From Candidatus Nomurabacteria bacterium (lineage in GTDB: Bacteria; Patescibacteriota; Saccharimonadia; Saccharimonadales; HK-STAS-PATE-42): a DNA stretch of 64,000 bases. Under the pieces are notes generated by a model, which saw nothing but the letters and a program-made list of their open reading frames with translations, ran no database searches and was not told the origin of the DNA. The stretch is taken from the NCBI GenBank assembly GCA_023898665.1, contig CP060233.1, positions 82,801 through 146,800 on the forward strand. The letters run 5' to 3'. This document shows positions 45,353-54,512 of this stretch, one piece after another; positions within the stretch are counted from its first letter, which is position 1, and every line of letters begins with the position of its first letter. The position numbers and the translations under genes were made by a program.

Positions 45353-46489
45353 TTAAGTGTTTAGAGGCATTATAAGATGGATATGGGTTATAGTTGTTTT
45401 AGATTCTTTTGAGCCGTTTGGTGAGATAATAAGAGGTGTTATACCTTGAGAAAAACGAATATCAAGTATATCTTCTTTAAATGAGTTTAATGCTTCTAGT
45501 AAATATCTTGAATTAAGATTAATTGATCCAGTTTCATCTGTGGAGATAGAAATTTGAGAATGGTTTTCTCCTACTTGATTTGCGATAGAGTTAATTGTCA
45601 AAAGTTGATCGTCTTTATCAACCTGAAGTGATATAGTGCCCGCTGATTCTCTTGCAAAAAGTGAGGCAACTTTCACGGTTTGTAAAAGCTCGTCTTTATC
45701 TACAGAGAAGTTAATGTCACTAGTTGCTGGAATTAAGTTTTTATAAGCAGGGTAATCCCCAGCAACCAAACGACTAATAATAGTAGTATTATCCATAACA
45801 AAACTTATTTGATCATCCTCAGCTATAATATGTACTCTATCTGGGTTTTGAGATTGAATGACTTTTTGTACATCTTGAATGGTTTGGTTTGGTACAATTA
45901 TATTTTCTATGGTATTTTTTACGGCATCTATTTGAATGGTTTGCTCTGCAAGTCTGTAGCTATCCGTTGCAACTAAGCATAGAGTGTCATTGGTTGGTGT
46001 ATAAAACAATGTTCCCCCTAAGACTGGTCTTGTGTCGTCTTTACTAGAGGTGAAAGAGACGTTATTCACTGCTTCTTTAAAGTAGGTAGTAGTAACCTCT
46101 ATCTTGTTTTCATTAGCAATTGACGGGATCGCTGGAAAATCTTCTGGGTTTAATAAATAAATTGTTGATTGATGGTTTTTAGTACTAAGCTTAAGTTTAA
46201 GATTTTTGCATTCTTCTAGAGTAACTGTTTCATCATTTATCGATGAGAGAAACTCTGTAGTAATACGAGCTGGCACAGCAATCTTCCCGTCATTAATCAC
46301 TCTAGCATTTAGTTTGGATAATATTGCCTGGTTTAAGTTTGTAGAAGTTAAGTTTAAAGAAGATTGATCTTTGTCGGCTGAAATAAGCACTGAACTTAAG
46401 ATTGGTAACTCAGCATTTTGGTGTGCACCACGAGACTCTAACTGAAGTATATTTAGTAAGGTTTGACGGTTGACTTCAATTTTTAACAT
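45353..46489 (-). CDS. dnaN: DNA polymerase III subunit beta (sliding clamp)
   Basis: 378 aa, immediately downstream of dnaA. Three-domain clamp length and conserved blocks (PILSSVLISA, RPVLGGTLF, LVATDSYRLA). Confidence 0.93.
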   Translation of the reverse strand: MLKIEVNRQTLLNILQLESRGAHQNAELPILSSVLISADKDQSSLNLTSTNLNQAILSKLNARVINDGKIAVPARITTEFLSSINDETVTLEECKNLKLKLSTKNHQSTIYLLNPEDFPAIPSIANENKIEVTTTYFKEAVNNVSFTSSKDDTRPVLGGTLFYTPTNDTLCLVATDSYRLAEQTIQIDAVKNTIENIIVPNQTIQDVQKVIQSQNPDRVHIIAEDDQISFVMDNTTIISRLVAGDYPAYKNLIPATSDINFSVDKDELLQTVKVASLFARESAGTISLQVDKDDQLLTINSIANQVGENHSQISISTDETGSINLNSRYLLEALNSFKEDILDIRFSQGITPLIISPNGSKESKTTITHIHLIMPLNT

Positions 46490-46860
46490 ATAATTTCTCT
46501 TGCTCCTTAAAGGTAGGTTTAATTGTAGATGTTTATTAGCCCAAATGTTAGTGAATACTTTTTTTGATTAATGTTTTTAGTATTACTTATATTAAAAGTA
46601 GTAGTAGTAGTATTTGTGGAAAGAGTGTTAAAAAGGTTTATAACAGGGTGGTAAGTTACAGCTATAGAGCTGTTAAACTTTGATTGTGGATTGCGTGTGT
46701 AAGAAGTGTGAGGTTTTCTTAAAAGTGTTACTTTTTTAGCAACAGGGACTATATAAAAAATGTGAACAAGTTGTAAGATATACACATTCAATCCACTCGT
46801 TATGAACATAAGTTTACACATAATTAAATTTAATACTCTCATAAAATTAAACCCTTCATG
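46490..46860. promoter_or_regulatory. dnaA-dnaN spacer with DnaA-box-like 9-mers (candidate oriC part)
   Basis: TGTGGATTG at 46685..46693 and ATATACACA at 46778..46786 (consensus TTATNCACA / TGTGNATAA); very AT-rich. The track ORF 46519..46842 looks spurious. Confidence 0.45.
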
Positions 46861-48264
46861 TTACTCATAAAGTTTTTGTCTAATTGCTCCAACATGTCGT
46901 CTTAGATTGAAATCATCATCTAGATTTTTTGTAATCTTACCAATAGAGTGCATAGCAGTAGTGTGGTCCTTTCTGCCAACTGCAGAAGAAATTTTTGGCA
47001 AGGACATCTTAAGTTCTGTACGCATTAGATACATTGCTATTTGACGTGTTAAAGCGATCTCCTTGTCTCGACGCGAGCTAAGTACGTCTGACTCTTCTAT
47101 ACCGAAGTGATCGCAACAGACTGTAATAATTTGTCGTGATGTGAATCTCGTAGGAGTTTTTGTACTAGACTTAAGAATATTCTTAACTAGGTCTAAATCT
47201 GGTTTAATATTTTGAACTTGACATAAGACAATTATTTGATTTATAGCCCCTTCTAACTCTCGTATATTATTTTTAATATTAGAGGCTATAAACTCTACTA
47301 CTTCATATTCGAGCTCTATATCTTGTGATTTAGCCTTAGACTGAACAATTGCACACCTTGTTTCGAAGTCTGGAGATTGTATATCTACGGTCATTCCCCA
47401 TTCAAATCTCGATCTAAGTCTATCTGGCAGTGTTGGTATGGATCTTGGAGGTTGATCTGCTGACAAAATGATCTGTTTGTTATTTTGATGGAGGATATTA
47501 AAAGTATGAAAGAATTCTTCCATCGTTTTGTCTTTTCCGGCTATAAATTGAATATCATCAATTACTAACACATCTGCATTATTGTAGACTTCAGAGAAAC
47601 TACTGGCCGTTTTATTTCGTATGCTGTCGAGAAAATCGTTTATGTATGTTTGAGTGGAAGTGTAAACGACATTCTTCTCGGGAAAGTTTTCTATAATTGC
47701 ATTGGCAACTGCTTGCATAAGGTGTGTCTTACCAAGACCTACTCCGCCATATAAAAAAAGAGGATTAAATCTTTGTCCTGGTTCTTTCGCTATTGCTTGA
47801 GCTACTGTGTATGCTAACTCGTTACTACCACCCACGATGAAATTATTAAAACTGTATTTTGGATTAATAGGCAGAATAATACCTCTACGGTCTTTTTTTG
47901 TATTAAACGATGTAGTACTGTAAGAATTTCTTTGAGAAGTAGTTTTACTTGATTGATCTAGTTCTGACGCTGTTGTTTTACGCGCGCTACTTCTTTTTGA
48001 GCCAGCAACTTTAAAATCAATCCGTGTCACTTCGGTTATTGGGTAATGCTTTTTAAGAAGAGTTAATATTCGGTTTATATAACGATCCTGAAGATTCTTA
48101 CTAACAAAATTATTAGGTGTAGTTATAACTGCCGAGGCAGTCTTATCATCTATACTGTCAAGACGAGTTGATAGAAACCACGTTTTGAAGTTAGCTTCAC
48201 TTAGCTCCTTTTTAACGTCTTCTAAGACGCTTTGCCATACAAGTGAATAGTCGGCTTGATCCAT
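46861..48264 (-). CDS. dnaA: Chromosomal replication initiator protein DnaA
   Basis: 467 aa. AAA+ Walker A GGVGLGKTHL, a box VII region and the C-terminal DNA-binding signature (RKDHTTAMHSIGKI). Confidence 0.95.
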   Translation of the reverse strand: MDQADYSLVWQSVLEDVKKELSEANFKTWFLSTRLDSIDDKTASAVITTPNNFVSKNLQDRYINRILTLLKKHYPITEVTRIDFKVAGSKRSSARKTTASELDQSSKTTSQRNSYSTTSFNTKKDRRGIILPINPKYSFNNFIVGGSNELAYTVAQAIAKEPGQRFNPLFLYGGVGLGKTHLMQAVANAIIENFPEKNVVYTSTQTYINDFLDSIRNKTASSFSEVYNNADVLVIDDIQFIAGKDKTMEEFFHTFNILHQNNKQIILSADQPPRSIPTLPDRLRSRFEWGMTVDIQSPDFETRCAIVQSKAKSQDIELEYEVVEFIASNIKNNIRELEGAINQIIVLCQVQNIKPDLDLVKNILKSSTKTPTRFTSRQIITVCCDHFGIEESDVLSSRRDKEIALTRQIAMYLMRTELKMSLPKISSAVGRKDHTTAMHSIGKITKNLDDDFNLRRHVGAIRQKLYE

Positions 48265-48596
48265 TGTACCCTCTCCCAGTAACTTTTCTTATAAGTCTTA
48301 AGTATAAGTTAAATTAAATGAGTTTTCCACAGGTGTTGTGTGGTATACGTAGTAAGAGTCTTTAAAATAACTATAAGTTATACACATACAGTAAGGTTTA
48401 ACCTGTTAGAGGGTGTGGATTTATGGTGTGAAAACATTGATTTGTGCAAATAATTGAAGTATAATGTTGTACACTAGCTGAGTATTTAATTTATACAGTC
48501 TAGGGGTGGTTTACGCTAAATCTTATTAGTAATCTAATTTATTAAGTATAAAAAATATTTTAATTTGAGATGATAGCGTAAGGAGGAAGTATTCGT
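48265..48596. promoter_or_regulatory. Region upstream of dnaA with DnaA-box-like 9-mers and an AT-rich tract (candidate oriC / dnaA promoter)
   Basis: TTTTCCACA at 48323..48331, TTATACACA at 48378..48386 (perfect to TTATNCACA) and TGTGGATTT at 48414..48422. An AT-rich stretch lies at ~48535..48570. Confidence 0.5.
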
Positions 48597-49769
48597 ATTA
48601 GAAGAAAAACCCTGATTAGGGAACAGAAATTTAAAAAACTAAATTTAATAAAACCCTTAAGGGCGAGATTAAGTTTAGTTAATAGAAAAAAGTTATTTAC
48701 GGTCTTAACAGGTGTTGTTATTACCTCTGTTGTAGCGCTCTTTGTTCTTGGAGCAAAGCCTCAAAGTTTGAGTTCAAGACCTGCATCTGAAACTTTTATT
48801 AGTGCCAGAATTAGTGAGTCAAAAAACTCTCCACTGAGCGTGTTGAATACTTCTAAAGATGAGATAAATGCTTCAACATCTGATATTCAATCGGCCGATT
48901 TAGCTGCTGTCGTTGGACAAGAGTCGAACATGTTAGTTGAAAGCAATGTAAATGAATATAGGGATACATTAGTTCTACAAAAGGTTGTTGCGCCAATTCA
49001 GGCTGATATTGTTGATAAGCCTCAAACTACTATTGCTAGTGATTCTGTTAGAGAAGTCACTGAATATGTAACAGTTAACGGAGACACGGTTCCGGGAGTT
49101 GCTGATAAATTCTCTATTACGCCGGATACAGTGAGATGGGCGAATAACCTAATTGGCGATTCTGTTGCGCCAGGTACTACACTTAAGATATTACCAATAA
49201 CTGGTGTATTGGTAGTTGCTAAATCAGGCGATACACCTAAGAGCATTGCTGATAGCACAAGCTCATCGGCAGAGGAGATTGCTCTCTTTAATGATATTGA
49301 TATCAATGCTCAGATTCCTGCTGGCAGGCAAATTATTGTCCCTAACGGAAGTCCAAGAACTACTGTAGTTGCAAGGAGTTCTCGAAGAGCGTCTTCTGCT
49401 GCAACTAGTTATGGTTACGCTGCTAACCCTGTTTTTGGTGGAGGTAACACTTATAGTCGTGGCTATTGTACTTGGCATGCAGCCAATAGAAGAGCGGGTA
49501 TAGGACGACCAATCCCTAATAGAATGGGGAATGCAATTAGATGGGCATCAGTTGCATCTTCTCTAGGTTATGCTGTTGATGGTAATCCGAGAGCAGGTGA
49601 TGTATTGTGGCACAGAAATATTGGTGGAGCTGGCCACGTGGCCTTTGTAGAGGGAGTTAATAGTGACGGCAGTTTGCTAGTTAGTGATATGAATTACCCT
49701 ACATGGGGAAGAGTTACCTATAGAACTGTCCCTACTAGTGAGTTCGGCAAGTACCTATTTATCCATTAA
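48597..49769 (+). CDS. Peptidoglycan hydrolase: signal anchor, two LysM domains and a CHAP (NlpC/P60-like) domain
   Basis: LysM-like repeats (YVTVNGDTVPGVADKFSITPDTVRWANNL; VVAKSGDTPKSIADSTSSSAEEIALFNDI). The CHAP domain has a Cys (GYCTWHAANR) and a His (GHVAFVEGV). The track starts at TTG 48768, but the frame is open from 48582 and encodes a TM helix. The start codon is uncertain (see findings). Confidence 0.75.
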   Translation: MRRKTLIREQKFKKLNLIKPLRARLSLVNRKKLFTVLTGVVITSVVALFVLGAKPQSLSSRPASETFISARISESKNSPLSVLNTSKDEINASTSDIQSADLAAVVGQESNMLVESNVNEYRDTLVLQKVVAPIQADIVDKPQTTIASDSVREVTEYVTVNGDTVPGVADKFSITPDTVRWANNLIGDSVAPGTTLKILPITGVLVVAKSGDTPKSIADSTSSSAEEIALFNDIDINAQIPAGRQIIVPNGSPRTTVVARSSRRASSAATSYGYAANPVFGGGNTYSRGYCTWHAANRRAGIGRPIPNRMGNAIRWASVASSLGYAVDGNPRAGDVLWHRNIGGAGHVAFVEGVNSDGSLLVSDMNYPTWGRVTYRTVPTSEFGKYLFIH

Positions 49770-49823
49770 GATAGAAGATTAATTATCTAAACTATTTTTT
49801 GTTAGGGTATACTTAACGTATAA

Positions 49824-51149
49824 ATGTCTTTAAATATAAGTGTAATTCTTAAGAAGCAAACAAAGAGATTTCTGATTGGTCTGTACGGTCATTACGTAAG
49901 GAGGTTCCTTAAGCTTAATAGCCAGATGAAGTTGATCGGGATCTCAGGAAGCGTAGGAAAGACTTCTACGAAATTTGCTGTAGTAGAGATATTGAGGTCC
50001 TCTGGCAAAAAGGTACTTGTGCACGAGGGTGCCTATAATGATCCGTTTGCCTCTATGTTTGTTTTGTTGGGTGTAGATTACCCAAATGTACAAAGTCCAG
50101 TATCAGTTTTAAAAGCTTTTTTTAAGCTTAAAAGAGCTAGTAAAATAGATATTGATTATGACTATGCTGTAATTGAGATCGGTACTGATACACCTGGAGA
50201 GATGAGGCAGTTCGGAAGATTTGGGGTCCTTGATCTCTGCGTAATAAGCGCTATTACTCCTGAGCATATGGTTAACTTTAGATCTTTTGATGAAGTCGTA
50301 CGAGAAGAGCTGGAAGTTCTTAAATATTCTAAAATGATAGTTGCTAATAGCGATTTGATACCTAAGAAGTACCAAAAAGATATTATTTTATCGGGACTTA
50401 GTATTATGTGGTTTGGTACAGAGAAGTCTAATAGTGCGGTTGTGAGAGTGGGAAGCTTGGTTGATATTGGACTTAAGACTAAGCGTGAGATTTTTGTGAA
50501 GATTGATGGTTATGATAATAAGATTAGGACTTCTCTTTTGCATCTACACTCTGGTTTTGTTATAGCTGCCGCTCTTTTGGTTGCTAAAAGCCTAAACTTA
50601 AGTACTACGGCCTCGGCAAGAGTACTAGAAAGTATATTGCCTGCCCCAGGGAGAGGAAGATTAATTGCAGGTAAGAGAGGCTCGATAATAATCGATGATA
50701 GTTACAACAATGTTGGTGCTAATGTGAGTATTGCTTCGCTGGATCTCTTATATGAATTTAATACACCGAGACGAATAGCTGTTTTGGGCGGAATTAATGA
50801 ACTTAGCACTGATATTGAACAGGAGACTCACACGGAGGTCGCTGTTTATCTAAAAGAAAAGAAGCTTCAGGAGGTCGTTTTAATTGGAGCTTTAGCTAAG
50901 AAATATTATAAGCCAATCTTAGCAACCTCTCAGATACCATTTAAATGGTTTTCTACACCATATAAAGCAGGTAACTATCTTCAGAATAAGCTAGTCGCAG
51001 GGATGGTTGTCTTGGTTAAAGGGTCTCAAAATGGTATCTATAGTGAAGAAGCAATCAAACCTCTTCTACAAGACCCTAAGGACTCTTCTCTACTTGTTAG
51101 GCAATCAAAAGCCTGGATAGAAAAGAAGAAGAAAAGCTTTGGGCCTTAA
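49824..51149 (+). CDS. Mur ligase family protein, MurF-like (short N-terminal domain)
   Basis: GISGSVGKTSTKF P-loop, EIGTDTPGEM, a central domain and a C-terminal domain with DDSYNN. Confidence 0.72.
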   Translation: MSLNISVILKKQTKRFLIGLYGHYVRRFLKLNSQMKLIGISGSVGKTSTKFAVVEILRSSGKKVLVHEGAYNDPFASMFVLLGVDYPNVQSPVSVLKAFFKLKRASKIDIDYDYAVIEIGTDTPGEMRQFGRFGVLDLCVISAITPEHMVNFRSFDEVVREELEVLKYSKMIVANSDLIPKKYQKDIILSGLSIMWFGTEKSNSAVVRVGSLVDIGLKTKREIFVKIDGYDNKIRTSLLHLHSGFVIAAALLVAKSLNLSTTASARVLESILPAPGRGRLIAGKRGSIIIDDSYNNVGANVSIASLDLLYEFNTPRRIAVLGGINELSTDIEQETHTEVAVYLKEKKLQEVVLIGALAKKYYKPILATSQIPFKWFSTPYKAGNYLQNKLVAGMVVLVKGSQNGIYSEEAIKPLLQDPKDSSLLVRQSKAWIEKKKKSFGP

Positions 51150-51150
51150 T

Positions 51151-51978
51151 TTAGCGTAAGCTGAATTCGGCACCCTGTTCTAGCTGATCTTTACTTATTG
51201 TTGCTTCTGCTTGCTCCGATATGGTGGATAGTGGTGCATCTGACTGAGCTAGGTCTTGTACTTTTTGAGCTACTTCTGGGGAGTTTATTATATGAGACTG
51301 GTTGTCACCATCATCATTAATTAAGTTAAGTGGCTGAGAAGAGAGGATTTGGCTAGCGGTACTGTTTGCTATTTGTGCAGCCTTGTCTACATCTACTTCT
51401 ACTCGCGTTGCTATTGGAGAATTGTTCGCATCGAATACGTCTATTATGTTAGATTCTTTAGGTTTGTACTTTTGCTTAAGAGCCTCTACTTCTTTAAGAC
51501 TAATTAATCTTTCGCTTTCTCCTGTTCCTAAGTCTTGAGCGTTGGCTGACATTACTCCTCGCGTTGACCATCCTCTTGTATCAAGCTTAGAGCCAAGCCC
51601 GCTAAAGTTGCTATAGACATCTTCTCTGCTAAGACCTTTTGTATAGTCTATTTCTACTTTTTTTGGTGCAGTTACAATAACATGTTGCTCATAGCCTTCT
51701 TGGTCCCAGACGCGAGTTTTGGGTGCGAACTTAAACTTAAGCCACGAAGCTAAAAATACTTCCACTGGTTGGTCATGACGCTGGTATAAACCTAGTACAA
51801 AGGTGACAAAAACAAATGGTAAGAATGGTAGAGCAAGTAGGATATTTACTCTAGCAAAGGTGTAGGCTAAAAATAGTCCGCCAAAACCTGCCAAAACAAA
51901 TAAAAACTGCTTTAAGCTCAAGAAGCCAATTAACTTATCGGCTGTTTCTACATCTTGTGGTACGGTGTGTCTTGCCAT
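51151..51978 (-). CDS. PrgI-family (VirB3-like) type IV secretion membrane protein
   Basis: The N-terminus MARHTVPQDVETADKLIGFLSLKQFLFVLAGFGGLFLAYTF matches the conserved start of PrgI-family proteins found in Gram-positive and CPR T4SS loci. Two TM helices. Confidence 0.7.
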   Translation of the reverse strand: MARHTVPQDVETADKLIGFLSLKQFLFVLAGFGGLFLAYTFARVNILLALPFLPFVFVTFVLGLYQRHDQPVEVFLASWLKFKFAPKTRVWDQEGYEQHVIVTAPKKVEIDYTKGLSREDVYSNFSGLGSKLDTRGWSTRGVMSANAQDLGTGESERLISLKEVEALKQKYKPKESNIIDVFDANNSPIATRVEVDVDKAAQIANSTASQILSSQPLNLINDDGDNQSHIINSPEVAQKVQDLAQSDAPLSTISEQAEATISKDQLEQGAEFSLR

Positions 51979-52008
51979 AGTATCTTTTCAGTTAAAGATT
52001 ATAGCAAG

Positions 52009-52185
52009 TTTAATCCAATAATGTTTTTAACTTGAAAGTCTATCTGCCCTAGCTCTTAGTCCTTTCTTTCTACCCTCCTTAACTCTCTCACCTCCGTATA
52101 TCTGCTGATGTTCTAATATCTTTCTAGTACGAGTAGTGACTGGATCAACATAGTAGAACCTTTCAAAATGACCCATGAGCGTCAT
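52009..52185 (-). CDS. Small basic hypothetical protein (58 aa)
   Basis: My own translation: MTLMGHFERFYYVDPVTTRTRKILEHQQIYGGERVKEGRKKGLRARADRLSS. Its ATG overlaps the upstream stop (ATGA). It is below the ORF-track length cutoff. Confidence 0.3.
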
Positions 52186-52463
52186 GAGTGTTTTCTTTCA
52201 GCTATATCAAAACGCCTAAAGTGGCCGCTAAGCCTTTTTTCTAGGCTCTCCTGTGTGTGATCTGGGTCTTGAGAAAGATCGTATGGCGGCAATATGCCCG
52301 GCTCAAGGGTGGGTATTGGTTGCATGTTCTCAGGGTCATTAATGTGTCTCCCTGGATGGGTTGTTTCGTAGTCGGGATCAATAACTTCATCGGACGGTAC
52401 AAATACCAGGTGTTCATCAAGTTTGCGTTTAGCATCATCTAGCAAAACTAAACGTCTTATCAT
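52182..52463 (-). CDS. Hypothetical protein (93 aa)
   Basis: ORF only; part of the GC-rich island. Confidence 0.4.
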   Translation of the reverse strand: MIRRLVLLDDAKRKLDEHLVFVPSDEVIDPDYETTHPGRHINDPENMQPIPTLEPGILPPYDLSQDPDHTQESLEKRLSGHFRRFDIAERKHS

Positions 52464-54512
52464 CGATATGCTGTGCGAGATCGCCGATTCGTATAGTCCA
52501 GTCGGATAAATCTATTCCGTTCCCTTCTGTGATCATCTCGATGGCTTCTGCACCTGTGTAAAACGCTTCTGTAGTACGACTATGTCATCGATTGGGTTAA
52601 AGGAGTCATCTTTCCATGCCGTTTGGATCGGCAGGAATAGGATTGCCTCTGTCATCCATGAAGTAGAATCTGCCGTCATCGCCTCCCTGCCTAACTCGGC
52701 CGCTTAAGTAGGTATCATCTCTTGGTACAAGCTTATATTCGTCCCCAACTTTTATGTAGAGCTCATGTAGGGTTTCTGGAAGTTGCTGGCCTAGTCCGTC
52801 TAGTCCAGGCTCGTAAATTGGGTCGCCAATCTCGTGTGGTTTAGCGCCTGGCTTGGGTGGTTTATATCCAATAACTTTAAAGCCTTGGGCAGGTTGAGAC
52901 TCAAATCTTTTACAATGTACCTCCTGCCATCAGGACCGACTACGACCTTCCCTATTCTTCCTACTTGATTCCTTGTCTCCTCGTCTTCGGATTTGCTCCT
53001 TCTCTCCTTGCCTCTCTTGTTTGCCTTTGTAAAACCGAGGTAACTTCTCCTCTAGTATCCATAGTGGCGGATATTCTTTCTTCGGTATAGCCGGCTTCAA
53101 CCATCTTGCTCTGGCGTCTGGCGTCTCTGCGTTCTCTTTTGCGGGTTTTCCTTCTTTCTGAACTTGCTGTCGGCTTTTCTGCTCTTTTATGTCTCCTCTT
53201 AGTACGGCTATGCGTCTGTTTGTCGGCCAAGGTCATGGTACCCTCGTTTGGCCTTAATCCTCCAATTGGCGAAGTTCTGTGCGGGCTTTGGCTATAAAAT
53301 GGTGTGTTTTGCGCATTGTTTGGAGTTCTCCCGTCTAAAGTCTTTTCTGGGCTACGTCGCGTAACGACATACCTAGCGGCCTGCTGCGTCTCTTAATGCT
53401 AATTGCTCTGCTTGCTCTTGAGCGCTTTTTACTGCCGCAGAAACAGTATCTAAAGTATCTTCTGTCCTTAACTCGCTGTATGGGATTGAGCTAACTGCTT
53501 CGCTAAAGTCCGTGCTTAAAGATACTGCGATATTACCTATTGCTATAGATCCGGCTTGAGCTCTTATGACATCTGGAGGAAGTGTCGGGTCTATCCATTT
53601 TCAGCCAGGTAGTTCACTATGCCTCTTGGTGCCGGTGCCGGATGAATGCGCTCTTCTCTTATTGTAGATAGATGTTTGGTCATGAGTTACTACTTTTTAA
53701 TGGACTTTTACCTATCAGCTTTGGCTTGATCCCAGGCAGTGTTTTCTACACCAGTTGCATTAATGCTCCTTGGGGCTGCTCCAAGAGGCAGAGGTGGCAG
53801 ACTTCTGTTATGGGCATCTATAGCCGTTCGCATGTCCTCGATTATGCCCGCCGCCTCTTCTGCTGCTCCGGTGTTATTTTGTTCACCGGCTGCTTGGGCC
53901 ATTGTTAGGGCATGTTGGGTGTGCTCTTAAGTTGAGCTTCAGCTTGTTCTTGAGTAATAGTGCCTGCTGCGGCTCTTGCGAGGATAGTCTGCACTTGCTG
54001 ACCCTTAACAACTCTAATGGTTTTAGCTTGCTCCAATTTAACCTTTCCTAGTCCATCATACGGTAAAGCCTTGTCTCCTGAGAATATACCATCTACACTT
54101 CCGATTGTGCTAGCCTGGTCAGTGGGGCTCAGGCTAGCAAACTCCCGCAGCATCTTGAGCGGTTGGTGCGGTAGCCTAGAGCGTTACCGGCTGCACGCCA
54201 AGTTGGTTCTGAAGCCAGCGCCCATAGAGGGCTCCGCCAATGTTGCCGGGCTGTGCTCCTCCTCCAATAATCCCTGGGGCACCAAGGTTCTGGCTGATTA
54301 GAGATGTGCCCGCCGAGATGTCGTCTGCGGTGCCCACCCCAAGTTCAGCTCCCTTGTTGAGCGCCCAAGTTGATGCCTCTGAGTCCAGGGTACCTGCTTT
54401 GCTGTTCCAGCCGGCAAGAGCCGCATTCCATTTAGCCCTGGCCTCATCAGCATTACCCCTTTGGCAACCTCTTCTTGAATAAACCTCTCGACTGCTGCCT
54501 TGGCTGCTTTTG
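52464..54512 (-). pseudogene. String of frame-broken coding fragments in a GC-rich island (no family recognised)
   Basis: Minus-strand coding sense hops between frames at least 8 times. Examples are 53373..53683 (break at the T4 run 53598..53601) and 52961..53370 (break at the T4 run 53343..53346). Four breaks lie between 52463 and 52961, and two or more lie in the apparent C-terminal extension of the VirB6-like gene (54176..54531). Confidence 0.4.

Noticed and set aside
46519-46842. 107-aa ORF in the dnaA-dnaN spacer.
   Set aside because: The translation is low complexity (NTTTTTFN arises from a (GTA)5 run at 46598-46612). The region is better explained as origin or promoter DNA with DnaA-box-like sites.
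51171-51185. Possible att-type direct repeat of the tRNA-Ser(GGA) 3' end (60575-60599) at the far side of the T4SS-like locus.
   Set aside because: Only an 8-nt match (CCTGTTCT) was found, which is expected by chance in 64 kb. No integrase is present, and the pilin genes carry the resident AAGCTT signature.
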